Shown: piece after piece, positions 29,292-38,465 of the stretch
How the letters are laid out: each line of letters opens with the position of its first letter
Numbering within the stretch: the first letter of the stretch is position 1
Origin: Candidatus Ozemobacteraceae bacterium
GTDB taxonomy: Bacteria; Muiribacteriota; Ozemobacteria; Ozemobacterales; Ozemobacteraceae
DNA length: 64,000 bases
NCBI GenBank assembly: GCA_965140445.1
Contig: OZ223236.1
Coordinates: 4,128,001 to 4,192,000, forward strand
Direction of reading: 5' to 3'
Notes under the pieces: model-generated
The model's input: the letters and a program-made list of their open reading frames with translations, nothing else
What the model was told of the DNA's origin: nothing
Database searches by the model: none
Program-made: the position numbers and the translations under genes

Positions 29292-30885
29292 ACAGACAAA
29301 AGTATTTTTATTTATTTTAGTATTGCTGGTTATTTCCAGTAGCGTTACAGCGGGCCCAATTGAAATTTATTTTGGTCCAAATGGTGGCTTTAATATTCAA
29401 AACAGTAGCCGCACATTTACATTTAGCTCTGGGAAGGTTTACAAAGCCACTCTTGCCAATTCATTTATTTATGAACTGGATCAAACTGAAGTTGGAAGCA
29501 CCATAAAAGTTGCCATGTATAGCATGAGCGATTTCAGAACTCTTGATGCAATGATTAGTGCTGCAAGAGATAAACAAATCCATTTCAAGCTGATTTTAGA
29601 CGGAGCTGCAGCATGGTCAAAATCAAGCAGGGAAAAAATTGTAGAACGGGTAAAAATAGCCGCTGACAAAGCGAAAGCTGAAAATATCCCCTTTGATTTC
29701 AACATTGCAATTGTTACTGCCAAAGCCATGGAAAGAAATGGAAGAACAGCGACACTAGACGATGGCAGAGTAATTTTTGGGACAATGCATGAAAAGTTTG
29801 GAGTATTCTATAAGCCTGGAAATCCAGTGCCTTACACAAGCTTTTGTGGAAGCTCGAATCTATCTACAACATCTGATGAAATTTATGGAGAAAACAGGGT
29901 ATTCCTGCATGATAGACCTGGAGTTGCAAGACAGTTTCAAGAAGAATTTGCTCGCCTCTGGAATGAATACTGTGAAATCGTTCTGGGCGAATATGTTCCA
30001 GAAAAGTTTATTCCTGTAAATGCAGAAGCTGGTGATGTAAAAGTAATCTTTAACTCAGAGCCAGTAGACGAATTAAACCTTACTCGCATCGACAACGAAC
30101 TTCTTAATCTGCTTAGAAAGATTAACAATGAAGGTCGATTAGATCTATCTATGTTCAGTCTCACCAGACCAGAACTGGCTCAGGCCATAGTAAGAGCTGC
30201 TGAAAGATGCCCTGAAGCTCCTTTCAGAATTCTTCTTGATCATGCACAACTGGACGATTCTGACCCCAAAGCAAGCAAGCTTGCTCCATGGATTGAACAA
30301 AGAGTAGCAGAACTCGGCTTAAAAAATGTCCAGATAAGATACAGATTCAGAAGAAATGCTTACGGCTATGATGAGAGAAACAAACGAGTTGATTTGATTT
30401 CTTTCATGAGCCTGTTTTTGCACCATAAAACAGTTATTGTAAACGGAACTGAAATGGGACTTGGCAGTTATAACTGGTCTGGAGCCGCTGAATATTTAAA
30501 TTACGAGAATGTAATGCTTTTTAATGGCCTTTACAATGGTCACCAAAAAGTTATTGATGCATTTATGAGAGAATTTGATACAGTTTGGAATTCACCAACA
30601 CCATATCATATGGTTTCACATCCAAGGATGGGAGAGCCTCAAACTGTAACTGGTGTTGAAGGAAGAAAGCTCCATAAAGAATTGATCAAGTTACTTTCTG
30701 ACAAGGCTAATCTGAAGGTCAAAACCCTATTGGACAGAGAAGCCTTTAAAACATTCGATACACTCAAAACAGAAACAGGATTCTCAACCAGAAAACTTAA
30801 AAGAGTTATCAAAAGCCTTACCAGGGCTGGATTAATTTGCAAGTGGACAAGAGAAGGCCTTGAAGGTTACTCTCAGGCAGATTAA
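29284..30885 (+). CDS. Secreted phospholipase D superfamily (nuclease-like) protein with two HxK domains
   Basis: Signal peptide; MHEKF...GSSNLS...EN and LHHKT...GSYNWS...NYEN; overlaps upstream stop codon. Confidence 0.82.
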   Translation: MIRQTKVFLFILVLLVISSSVTAGPIEIYFGPNGGFNIQNSSRTFTFSSGKVYKATLANSFIYELDQTEVGSTIKVAMYSMSDFRTLDAMISAARDKQIHFKLILDGAAAWSKSSREKIVERVKIAADKAKAENIPFDFNIAIVTAKAMERNGRTATLDDGRVIFGTMHEKFGVFYKPGNPVPYTSFCGSSNLSTTSDEIYGENRVFLHDRPGVARQFQEEFARLWNEYCEIVLGEYVPEKFIPVNAEAGDVKVIFNSEPVDELNLTRIDNELLNLLRKINNEGRLDLSMFSLTRPELAQAIVRAAERCPEAPFRILLDHAQLDDSDPKASKLAPWIEQRVAELGLKNVQIRYRFRRNAYGYDERNKRVDLISFMSLFLHHKTVIVNGTEMGLGSYNWSGAAEYLNYENVMLFNGLYNGHQKVIDAFMREFDTVWNSPTPYHMVSHPRMGEPQTVTGVEGRKLHKELIKLLSDKANLKVKTLLDREAFKTFDTLKTETGFSTRKLKRVIKSLTRAGLICKWTREGLEGYSQAD

Positions 30886-30891
30886 GCAAAT

Positions 30892-30932
30892 AAAAAAAGC
30901 CCCGAATGCTTTAAAAGCATTCGGGGCTTTTT
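30892..30932. terminator. Bidirectional intrinsic terminator
   Basis: AAAAAGCCCCGAATGCT...AGCATTCGGGGCTTTTT between convergent genes. Confidence 0.9.
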
Positions 30933-30954
30933 ATTTATTTAAATTGCTTCCAAA

Positions 30955-31488
30955 TCAGCCTTCCGAGAAATTTTCCGGAGTTTGGCCGGCAAACACACCG
31001 CTGTATTGTCCAGGGCTTTCACATCTCTGGAAAATAAACTGGCAAATTGGTGTGCCAGGAATAAGATTCAAAGAAATTGGACCAAAGTTGGAAATTTCAA
31101 GAACCTGATGGTTACATATCCCTGGTTGCATGAATGAGGCAGAAATATGCACAAGCAATCCTACCCGTGCAAATCTACTTCTTCCCTCAAGCCAACCAGA
31201 AAGGCCTTTTCCAAGGCTAACTTTTTCCTGAGTAATACCTAATACAGTCTGCCCAGGTTTTATAGTAAGTGTTCCGCCTTCAGGAACGCGAATTCCCTTT
31301 GTTGCGGCTTTGAAATCCATATCATCAGTTAGATCCAGTTCGGTAGGAAGATGCACAAAAACCCTGAAAGCATTTGAGAGATGTAAATCCACACTTGCTG
31401 GTCCGAGAGTTTTTTCATTGAATGGTTCAATCTTAATATTCCCATTCTTCATTTCCTCAAGAATGGCTGCTCTGCCAAGAATACTCAT
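30955..31488 (-). CDS. dcd: dCTP deaminase
   Basis: PASVDLHL, EGRSRFARVGLLVH, LEISN, ICQFIF; GGAGG SD before ATG 31488. Confidence 0.92.
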   Translation of the reverse strand: MSILGRAAILEEMKNGNIKIEPFNEKTLGPASVDLHLSNAFRVFVHLPTELDLTDDMDFKAATKGIRVPEGGTLTIKPGQTVLGITQEKVSLGKGLSGWLEGRSRFARVGLLVHISASFMQPGICNHQVLEISNFGPISLNLIPGTPICQFIFQRCESPGQYSGVFAGQTPENFSEG

Positions 31489-31575
31489 TTTTTCCTCCAT
31501 CTAATGCTGTAAAAAATGCTTTTGGAGATTATAACACCAAATTAAAATAACAGGTAGATTTTGAAGCCTAAAAAC

Positions 31576-31601
31576 AAAAAAGCCCCTTTTAGGGCTTTTT
31601 T
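31576..31601 (-). terminator. Intrinsic terminator after the DUF4105 gene
   Basis: AAAAAAGCCC-CTTTTA-GGGCTTTTTT. Confidence 0.65.
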
Positions 31602-31626
31602 GATTCTACCAAATTTGAACGGTGGC

Positions 31627-32721
31627 TTATTTGCCAATTCTTTTTGCTTCAAGATCCGTGTAAAAATTACTTCTGGAAATTGTAGGCAAAGGTTCTGAAA
31701 TGAATCCCTTTTTCTTAATTTGCTTGGCAACAGAAAGAGGCATAGTCGCTTTTAAGTTATAAAGCATGCTTGGGATTTTCCAGAGTTTAAACTGTTTTTC
31801 TTTTGGAGTAACACGATTAAGCAAAATGAGAAGGTTATTGGTACAATTATTTCTAATGGTATGATAATACTCACCTTTTCGATTCACACAAGCCTGTCTA
31901 ACTGTTTCAGTCAATAGTTTCTTTGTCTGTTCCTGAGTTAGATTCATTGGATAGGCCATTATTTCGGTGTCTGAACTCTTGTTAAAATTAACATTAAGAT
32001 TTGCATAGTTTTCCCATGTAGTAAGCAACCAAACTATGTTGAAAGATTTTTTCATGGTTTTAATCAGACCATAGGTTTGTCCAATTTTTTTATGAGCTTC
32101 AATGCTTAAAGCAAGTGCTTTAGACTCTTTTCCGCTTTCAGAAACCATTCCACCAGCATCAAACGTAAAAACAAACAAACTATGTGCAGCAATAAACTTT
32201 GGAGCAAATGGCTTTAACACAAAATACGCTTTAACAACCTTTTCAGGGTCTATAGTTGCTGTTTCCCATCCGTGAACGGCTTTTGTTTCCTTTGATGTGG
32301 AATCCTGGGAAATATCCCAACGAACATTTTCTACTTTTAACTTACCTTCATTTTCGCCAACCAGAGCTGGTGCTACCTGATAGGCTTCATAAGCAGGTTC
32401 TTCTTTATTTAGTTCAGTTTCACTGATTTCAGTAATTTTTTTAACTTTAATTGTTTCAACGTCATCTGATTTACCAGCTTTTCCCTGAACGGTGACAATT
32501 TTATCATCAAATTTTCGGGCTTTTCTTTCCCGCATGAGTAATTGATAAACTCTTCCGTCCTCTGTATTCAATCTGACAATGCCTTTTTCCACGGTCAAAA
32601 CGCCAGACAAATTGTAATTGACAGCATAGGGTTTCGCCAGTGCTGGCCCATTGAAAGAGCCGCCAACCAGAGCAGCAACTAATACAAGAATAAAAAGAAA
32701 GCTTCTTATTTGCTTCTTCAT
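31627..32721 (-). CDS. Secreted DUF4105 (Lnb N-terminal-like) domain protein
   Basis: Signal peptide; IAAHSLFVF, LSIEAHK, YYHTIRNNCTNN pattern of DUF4105. Confidence 0.75.
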   Translation of the reverse strand: MKKQIRSFLFILVLVAALVGGSFNGPALAKPYAVNYNLSGVLTVEKGIVRLNTEDGRVYQLLMRERKARKFDDKIVTVQGKAGKSDDVETIKVKKITEISETELNKEEPAYEAYQVAPALVGENEGKLKVENVRWDISQDSTSKETKAVHGWETATIDPEKVVKAYFVLKPFAPKFIAAHSLFVFTFDAGGMVSESGKESKALALSIEAHKKIGQTYGLIKTMKKSFNIVWLLTTWENYANLNVNFNKSSDTEIMAYPMNLTQEQTKKLLTETVRQACVNRKGEYYHTIRNNCTNNLLILLNRVTPKEKQFKLWKIPSMLYNLKATMPLSVAKQIKKKGFISEPLPTISRSNFYTDLEAKRIGK

Positions 32722-32752
32722 TTTTTCTCCAAATTCGGTGGATTATTTATTG

Positions 32753-32781
32753 AGTTTAATGAAAAAATGAAAAAGCGTCAA
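32753..32781 (-). promoter_or_regulatory. Sigma70-type promoter of the DUF4105 gene
   Basis: Minus strand TTGACG (32781-32776), 17 nt, TAAACT (32758-32753). Confidence 0.6.
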
Positions 32782-32835
32782 TAGCGGTACAAATGAAAAA
32801 CCGCTATAAAAGAGATGTCTGGTGTGGAAACTAGC

Positions 32836-33225
32836 CTACTTTTTGAAAAAAACTGCAGCCAGAGAACTACCACCAATAAGCGCCATAACCCCAAAAGTCA
32901 TGGAAGCAATTACATATAATGCCGCACTAATCCTGGCTCCATCCACAAACAGCTTAACTGATTCGTTAGAAAATGTGGAAAAGGTGGTTAAGCTACCAAT
33001 AAAGCCAGTTAAAATCATTGCTTCAATGTTCTGAGAGAAAAGCCCTCTGGATACCGCTATCTGGCCCAACAAGCCAATCAAAGCACAGCCAAAAATGTTT
33101 GCAGCAAAAGTGCCAATTGGCAGCTGATGAGTTTGAGAAGCAGCTTTCAATAATTCAGCAATTAGAAATCTTGTTACTGCGCCAAGACTTCCACCTAAAC
33201 CAATGTATAATATTTTTTCCAGCAT
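32836..33225 (-). CDS. crcB: Fluoride efflux channel Fluc/CrcB
   Basis: GGSLGAVTRF, GTFAANIFGC, GFIGSLTTFSTF. Confidence 0.93.
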   Translation of the reverse strand: MLEKILYIGLGGSLGAVTRFLIAELLKAASQTHQLPIGTFAANIFGCALIGLLGQIAVSRGLFSQNIEAMILTGFIGSLTTFSTFSNESVKLFVDGARISAALYVIASMTFGVMALIGGSSLAAVFFKK

Positions 33226-33277
33226 TTTTGCTCCTCTAGTTACCTAATTATAACTGTTTAGAAGCATTTTAGCCAAA

Positions 33278-35032
33278 TTATTTCTGATTTGAGTTAATCA
33301 CAGCCATGGCGATTTTGGCAGCGATTTCTCCACCTGGGACAACCAGGCCCAAAGCATCTGCACCTATATCGAACAATGCACTCTCAGAAAGCATATCATC
33401 AAATTTCGCTCGAATCGTCTTTCCGGTGGTCATTTCACCGGTAACGGCATCGATTTCAAAGATCGCCTTTTTCTCCCCATCCTTGTAGGAAAACTCAAAT
33501 GCATAAACGGGCCTGAAAAATAAATCAAATTGTTTGATGATAAATTTCTGACCAATGATTTCTGTCGCATTTAGAGGTTTTAGCAGATCTCGCATCAAAT
33601 CCCGCAATATAATTGAAGCTTTCACTTTCGCTGGCACTATTACCTCTTCGGATTTTTTTAATTCACTCATCGACTTAACCACTCGACAGGGCATTTCTAG
33701 AAGCTTATCAAAATTCTTATTATTACCTGAAACAGCGTCTATACAGACTTTTTTACTTCCTTTATCTATACAATGCTCTTCAAAATTAATTCTAACTTTT
33801 CTCTTTTCAGTTGGAATGATAGTTTCGCCGATTTTTAGCTCCACAACACTTTCTGCGACCTTAATCTCCGTGGAGTTCTCTCTGATGTAATCAATCAGAG
33901 TTTCAAAATCAATAAACCAGAATGGCTCATACCTTACTTCTGAATAAATCAGCTTTATATCATCTTCAGATGGCCTTAACAGAACCCTTGAAAAAAAGTT
34001 TAAAACCTTGTGTTTGCTATTTTCCGCTTTTTTTTGGGCATCTTCGAAACTTATTGTTGGCTTAATCGTTTTGATTAGTGATTTACCGGTGATGACTTCA
34101 CAAACTCCAGATTGCCCAAAGTTTTTTCCTGACCACTCGGAGTCCTTTTCCGAGATTCTTTTTCTCACGATTCCATTTATAGCTGCAAGAATTTGGCCTT
34201 TTAGCCAACTTTTTTCATTAAAAACTGGATTTTCAAAAAACTCGGTTACATTGTCTACACCTATTGCTGCGATGGTTTTTATAACTTCATCTCTAAGTTT
34301 TTCATTTCCAGATAACTCGACCAGCCGACCTAGAAAATATGGGTCTTTCAGATTTTTCAGAACATAGAGTGCAGCCTTAACATTGGCAAAATCGCCGTCC
34401 GCCTCCAGCATTTCCAATAAAGGTTTTCTGGCAAACTCCCGATCCGATTTTCCTATTGCCATGGCTGCTGTAGCTCTAATACGATTAGAGCTGTGCTTTA
34501 ACAATTGTAAAAAAATCGGGATATTTGAAGGCTGCTTGAGCTCAACAAGCCCCTCGATTGCATTTGCAACAATTCTATCATCCGAATAAGTTAAAAAAGA
34601 TCTTATTGAAAACAAGAGCTCTTCGTCCGAAAATCTTTTGGGAAGCCTTTTAACCAGATAAGAAATATGCCTGGGATCAGTACAACTTTCTAAGTATCTG
34701 TATAAAGGAATCCTGAATCTCTCATCAGAAGATTTCAACGCAATTTCCAGGTCCTTGATTCCAAAAGAGCTTTCATCACCGCTTTGAATTCTTTTAAGCA
34801 CTTCTTCATCAGAGTAGTTTCTTTTGTTCTCCTCTAATGCCCGAAATTCGGGAATACATCTGCAGAGTCGTTTTAATTCAAATGAGTCGCCCGCCAGTAT
34901 CTCAAGGATTAGAGCTTCAGGCTCATCCTCACTTATCAAGGAAGGATTTTCCAGATAGAGTTCCAGTATTTTTTTCTGACTATCCGGATTTTGACTAAAA
35001 AGCAATTCTAGCCTTGAAGCTCTATCTTTCAT
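33278..35032 (-). CDS. HEAT-repeat protein with uncharacterised C-terminal domain
   Basis: HEAT-like repeats (DDRIVANAIEGL, SSNRIRATAAMAIG); C-domain with duplicated Y/F-x-P...IDAVxG motifs. Confidence 0.72.
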   Translation of the reverse strand: MKDRASRLELLFSQNPDSQKKILELYLENPSLISEDEPEALILEILAGDSFELKRLCRCIPEFRALEENKRNYSDEEVLKRIQSGDESSFGIKDLEIALKSSDERFRIPLYRYLESCTDPRHISYLVKRLPKRFSDEELLFSIRSFLTYSDDRIVANAIEGLVELKQPSNIPIFLQLLKHSSNRIRATAAMAIGKSDREFARKPLLEMLEADGDFANVKAALYVLKNLKDPYFLGRLVELSGNEKLRDEVIKTIAAIGVDNVTEFFENPVFNEKSWLKGQILAAINGIVRKRISEKDSEWSGKNFGQSGVCEVITGKSLIKTIKPTISFEDAQKKAENSKHKVLNFFSRVLLRPSEDDIKLIYSEVRYEPFWFIDFETLIDYIRENSTEIKVAESVVELKIGETIIPTEKRKVRINFEEHCIDKGSKKVCIDAVSGNNKNFDKLLEMPCRVVKSMSELKKSEEVIVPAKVKASIILRDLMRDLLKPLNATEIIGQKFIIKQFDLFFRPVYAFEFSYKDGEKKAIFEIDAVTGEMTTGKTIRAKFDDMLSESALFDIGADALGLVVPGGEIAAKIAMAVINSNQK

Positions 35033-35763
35033 ACCTTAGGAGCAGTTGCCACATCATCTGGATTAAGTCCGAGAGTTTTTGCCATTTTTCTGATTCTTGC
35101 AAGACGAGTCAGGTCTGGATGAGTAAAGGAACTCACATCTTCAACCTGTTTGTAATATTGTTTTAAGGCTTTTAAATGAAGCTCATTTACATTTTTGGTA
35201 GATAAGCCTAATGCTGCCCTGATTTTCGCCATTTGTTCCTTTTCTTCAGCGGTAACAATGTCATCTTCAATAACATTATCAATAAGTGTCCAGTAAACAA
35301 GGTTTCTGGCATCAAGAATTTCCTGGTAGCTTGGTTCAAGACAGCCCAATAAAGCTGTTATAATCTTCTTTTCATCCTCATCAATAATATAATCATCTTT
35401 AGTTACCATAAAATAGCACTGAGCGATAAAATTAGTTACAAACCTGTATCCCTCGCCCCAATCGCTCATATCCCAGATCATATCATTCTCTACGATTGCC
35501 ATCTGACAAACCAGATCTTCCGAATTTTTCTTAACATAGATGTAAGCTTTTCCAATACGGCAAAAACCGGCGAAGTTAGATTCTATAAGGTCTTTAGTAG
35601 TTGTCTCTCCCTCCAGCGGAGGAAAATATCTGTATCTCTTTTCAGCTTTTTTAAAAAGAACAATAATGTTCTCCCATAGGCCAAGTTTCTTTTGAAGAGC
35701 TTCACCTTTTTCCATGTAGCTCTCTGCATAATCACTTAAAAATTGAACTCTCTTTAAAAGCAT
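35029..35763 (-). CDS. Hypothetical protein with TerB-like acidic helical motifs
   Basis: KDDYIIDEDEKKII and EDDIVTAEEKEQMAKIRAALGLS; 4-nt overlap with the HEAT gene. Confidence 0.6.
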   Translation of the reverse strand: MLLKRVQFLSDYAESYMEKGEALQKKLGLWENIIVLFKKAEKRYRYFPPLEGETTTKDLIESNFAGFCRIGKAYIYVKKNSEDLVCQMAIVENDMIWDMSDWGEGYRFVTNFIAQCYFMVTKDDYIIDEDEKKIITALLGCLEPSYQEILDARNLVYWTLIDNVIEDDIVTAEEKEQMAKIRAALGLSTKNVNELHLKALKQYYKQVEDVSSFTHPDLTRLARIRKMAKTLGLNPDDVATAPKV

Positions 35764-35784
35764 TCTAGAACTCCTGCCGATTTT

Positions 35785-36921
35785 TTATTTTTTGTCTTCT
35801 TGTTTTCTGGCGTAAAGAAAAGAAGCAAATAGTGCGGTAATAGGAATAGCAAGGACCATGCCAAACAATCCTGCCAATGATCTTACAATTTCCGAACAGA
35901 TAAACTCCATATTCATAATTTTAATCAATGGAAAGTCTTCTCTTTGCATTGCAAACAAAAGAATCAGTGAAAGAGAAGCTCCTGTATAAGCCAATATCAA
36001 GGTATTTACCATTGATCCGATAATATCTCGACCTATATTCATCCCACTATTGAAAAGATCTTTATTTTTGTATTCAGGATTGGCAATTGCTATCTCCTGA
36101 AGGGATGATGCAATTGAAATTGCGACATCCATGACCGCACCAAGTGCGCCAATTATAATCCCACTGACTAAGATGCCTTTTAAATCGATCTTAGCGTTTA
36201 ACATCTGTAAATAGGTGCTTTCATGGCCTGTATATCCAGATAAGACGAGCAAATTAGAGGCAATCCAACCAAAAAAGCCAGCCATTATAACCCCAGACAA
36301 GGTTCCAGCTATAGCAACCAGAGTCTTTTTTGTTTTTCCGGCAATGAAGAATAAATTAATCAACGCAATAGCAATTGAAGAAATAACTGCAAGTAATATT
36401 GGGGAATAGCCAGCTAAAAGCATTTTGGACATGAATCCAAAAATTATAATCAGTGTGAAAAACAATGCCACCATTGCTTTCATTCCCTGGATTCCTGCTA
36501 TTAAAGCAATCATAACAATTATCAGCATAGTTAATGCCATTAATTTACGTGTTTTAAAATGCTCGTCAATTCCTACCACCAGCTGCCCATCGTGCTTTTC
36601 CGCAATAGCTAATACCACATCTCCGGTTGCAATATTAAGATTATAAGCAGAATTAGGACCTTCAAAATGCTCTGTTTCAAGAGTTTGCCCGGAAAATTCT
36701 CCTGCGAGAAAATGAAGTTTAACAAGCCAGCTTTTCTCTGATGATCCTTCAACATCTCCCAAAGGTGGAAGCTCAGCAATACTATCAATTCTTGCTCTTG
36801 CATAACTACCTTCTGAAACACTGCCAAAGGTGTAAAATATAAGAGCAAACATGAAAGCAAAACCAATAATGTAAATTGCCGTGTTTAACAACTTATTGGA
36901 GTTGGATTTTTTTTCTACCAT
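35785..36921 (-). CDS. YibE/F family membrane protein
   Basis: IIGALGAVMDVAISIAS, SGMNIGRDIIGSMVNTLILAYTG, IPITA. Confidence 0.92.
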   Translation of the reverse strand: MVEKKSNSNKLLNTAIYIIGFAFMFALIFYTFGSVSEGSYARARIDSIAELPPLGDVEGSSEKSWLVKLHFLAGEFSGQTLETEHFEGPNSAYNLNIATGDVVLAIAEKHDGQLVVGIDEHFKTRKLMALTMLIIVMIALIAGIQGMKAMVALFFTLIIIFGFMSKMLLAGYSPILLAVISSIAIALINLFFIAGKTKKTLVAIAGTLSGVIMAGFFGWIASNLLVLSGYTGHESTYLQMLNAKIDLKGILVSGIIIGALGAVMDVAISIASSLQEIAIANPEYKNKDLFNSGMNIGRDIIGSMVNTLILAYTGASLSLILLFAMQREDFPLIKIMNMEFICSEIVRSLAGLFGMVLAIPITALFASFLYARKQEDKK

Positions 36922-38051
36922 ATTCTTTCAGGGATCTGCGATTCCAGATAATTCTCATAACGATCTGAAATAGCCCAGAACAAATCTATTCCTGTCTGAT
37001 TTTCAATTTCATCAATGCTGGTTAAGAACTGCTCAAGAGATTCTCTCCCCTTAACGGTCTGAGGGATAATAAATGGCAAAGCTCTTAATTTCCCATCCTT
37101 TTCATCAATCAATATCTTAAAGAAAGCGTCTGGAATTTCAACTCCAGATTTTAGTCTCTCTATATGATCATCAAAAATAGGACCAGTTACGACCCAAACT
37201 GTTTCACACTTATTTGCGAGATCAGCTTCCAGGGATTCCAGCCTCTGCCAAACTTTTCTATTCAACTTAGGTTTTTGAGGGGTAATATTGCTCATCATAA
37301 ATGTTTCAATCTGTGCCTCACGGCCAAAACGATCTGAAATTGATGAGTTTGGAGCCATATGCCCCCTATCATACCCTGACTTAGTATAATCTCTCTGCTT
37401 GACCATCGAATCTGTTCGCGGATCTGGTTTAAAGCCACCAGGTCGCTTATATGGGTCCGTATCTTCCATATAATCCAGTCGGTAACAAACCCATATTGGA
37501 TTTTTATGGCGCTCAGAATACCCCACATAATAGCCAATATTATGTAAAATTTTTAAAGATTCTGAATCCTTTGTATAACGAGGAATCCCGCCAAAAACAA
37601 TATTTTTTTCTTCTTTGTTTATTGCTTTTACGCCATCTTCGAAAAGGCAAAAGGAAGCTGTTTCCGCTTCTTCTGGCACCTTAGGATCTTTTTCCGGTGT
37701 GGTTTCAGGTGTCGGATCTGGATCACGAACAAGTTCTTCCGGAGGTTTTGGAGCAGGTTTATCGATGACCGGCTCTTTAACTTCCGGAATAGAAACAGGC
37801 GTGATAATAGTCGAAGTAGCGGTCTTTATACCAGGATTTATCTTATTTTTATCCGCTGAATTCTGTTCAGACTTAACTTTACCGATAACGGCAGTTGGCT
37901 TCTGCTGTTGCTCATGAGAGTTTTCAGATTTTTTCGGGGAAAAAAGAAAACTCAGGCCAAATCCAAATACTATTAGCAAAAAGACCAGTAAAACAAGTTT
38001 TACAGAACCATTTTTTTTACACTTTTTTTTCAGATTCATTCCTGTTTCCAC
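36915..38051 (-). CDS. Membrane-anchored DNA/RNA non-specific endonuclease (NucA/EndoG, His-Me finger)
   Basis: N-terminal TM plus Pro/Glu-rich stalk; SGYDRGHMAP, TFMMSNITPQ, LNRKVWQRLE, VVTGP. Alternative start 38039. Confidence 0.92.
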   Translation of the reverse strand: METGMNLKKKCKKNGSVKLVLLVFLLIVFGFGLSFLFSPKKSENSHEQQQKPTAVIGKVKSEQNSADKNKINPGIKTATSTIITPVSIPEVKEPVIDKPAPKPPEELVRDPDPTPETTPEKDPKVPEEAETASFCLFEDGVKAINKEEKNIVFGGIPRYTKDSESLKILHNIGYYVGYSERHKNPIWVCYRLDYMEDTDPYKRPGGFKPDPRTDSMVKQRDYTKSGYDRGHMAPNSSISDRFGREAQIETFMMSNITPQKPKLNRKVWQRLESLEADLANKCETVWVVTGPIFDDHIERLKSGVEIPDAFFKILIDEKDGKLRALPFIIPQTVKGRESLEQFLTSIDEIENQTGIDLFWAISDRYENYLESQIPERIW

Positions 38052-38057
38052 TTTGAC

Positions 38058-38450
38058 CTAATCAGCCATTTTTTTCATTTTTCTGACAGGAACAATTTCC
38101 AACCAGTAATTGTCTGGATCACTTATGAAATAGATTCCCATATCTTTGTTTTCATAGCAGATACAACCCATTTCTTTATGCAAAGCATAAGCCCCATCAA
38201 AATCATCAGTGGTAAAAGCAAGATGAAACTCATTATCTCCGAGATTGTATGCTTCTTTCCGGTCTCGAAGCCATGTAAGTTCAAGGCGATGTCCAGTTTC
38301 TCCATCTCCGAGATAAATTAAAGTAAAGCTACCATCTTGTGCATCATGACGCCGAACCTCTTTAAGGCCCAATGCTTTCTGATAAAAGTTTAAGCTTTTT
38401 TCAAGGTCAAGAACATTAATATTATTATGGTTAAATTTGAATTCTGGCAT
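38058..38450 (-). CDS. gloA: Lactoylglutathione lyase (glyoxalase I, VOC family)
   Basis: HNNINVLDLEKSLNFY, LELTW, FHLAF, FISDPDNYWLEI. Confidence 0.85.
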   Translation of the reverse strand: MPEFKFNHNNINVLDLEKSLNFYQKALGLKEVRRHDAQDGSFTLIYLGDGETGHRLELTWLRDRKEAYNLGDNEFHLAFTTDDFDGAYALHKEMGCICYENKDMGIYFISDPDNYWLEIVPVRKMKKMAD

Positions 38451-38465
38451 TTGTTTTTTCCTGTT

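Noticed and set aside
18132..31488. UDG plus dCTP deaminase as an anti-phage nucleotide-depletion system
   Set aside because: The genes are 12 kb apart, and dcd is the housekeeping trimeric dUTPase-fold type rather than the kinase-fused zinc deaminase used in defence.
33226..33277. Fluoride riboswitch upstream of crcB
   Set aside because: The 52-nt gap lacks the GGCGAUG...CGCC / GCUGAUGAC-type core.
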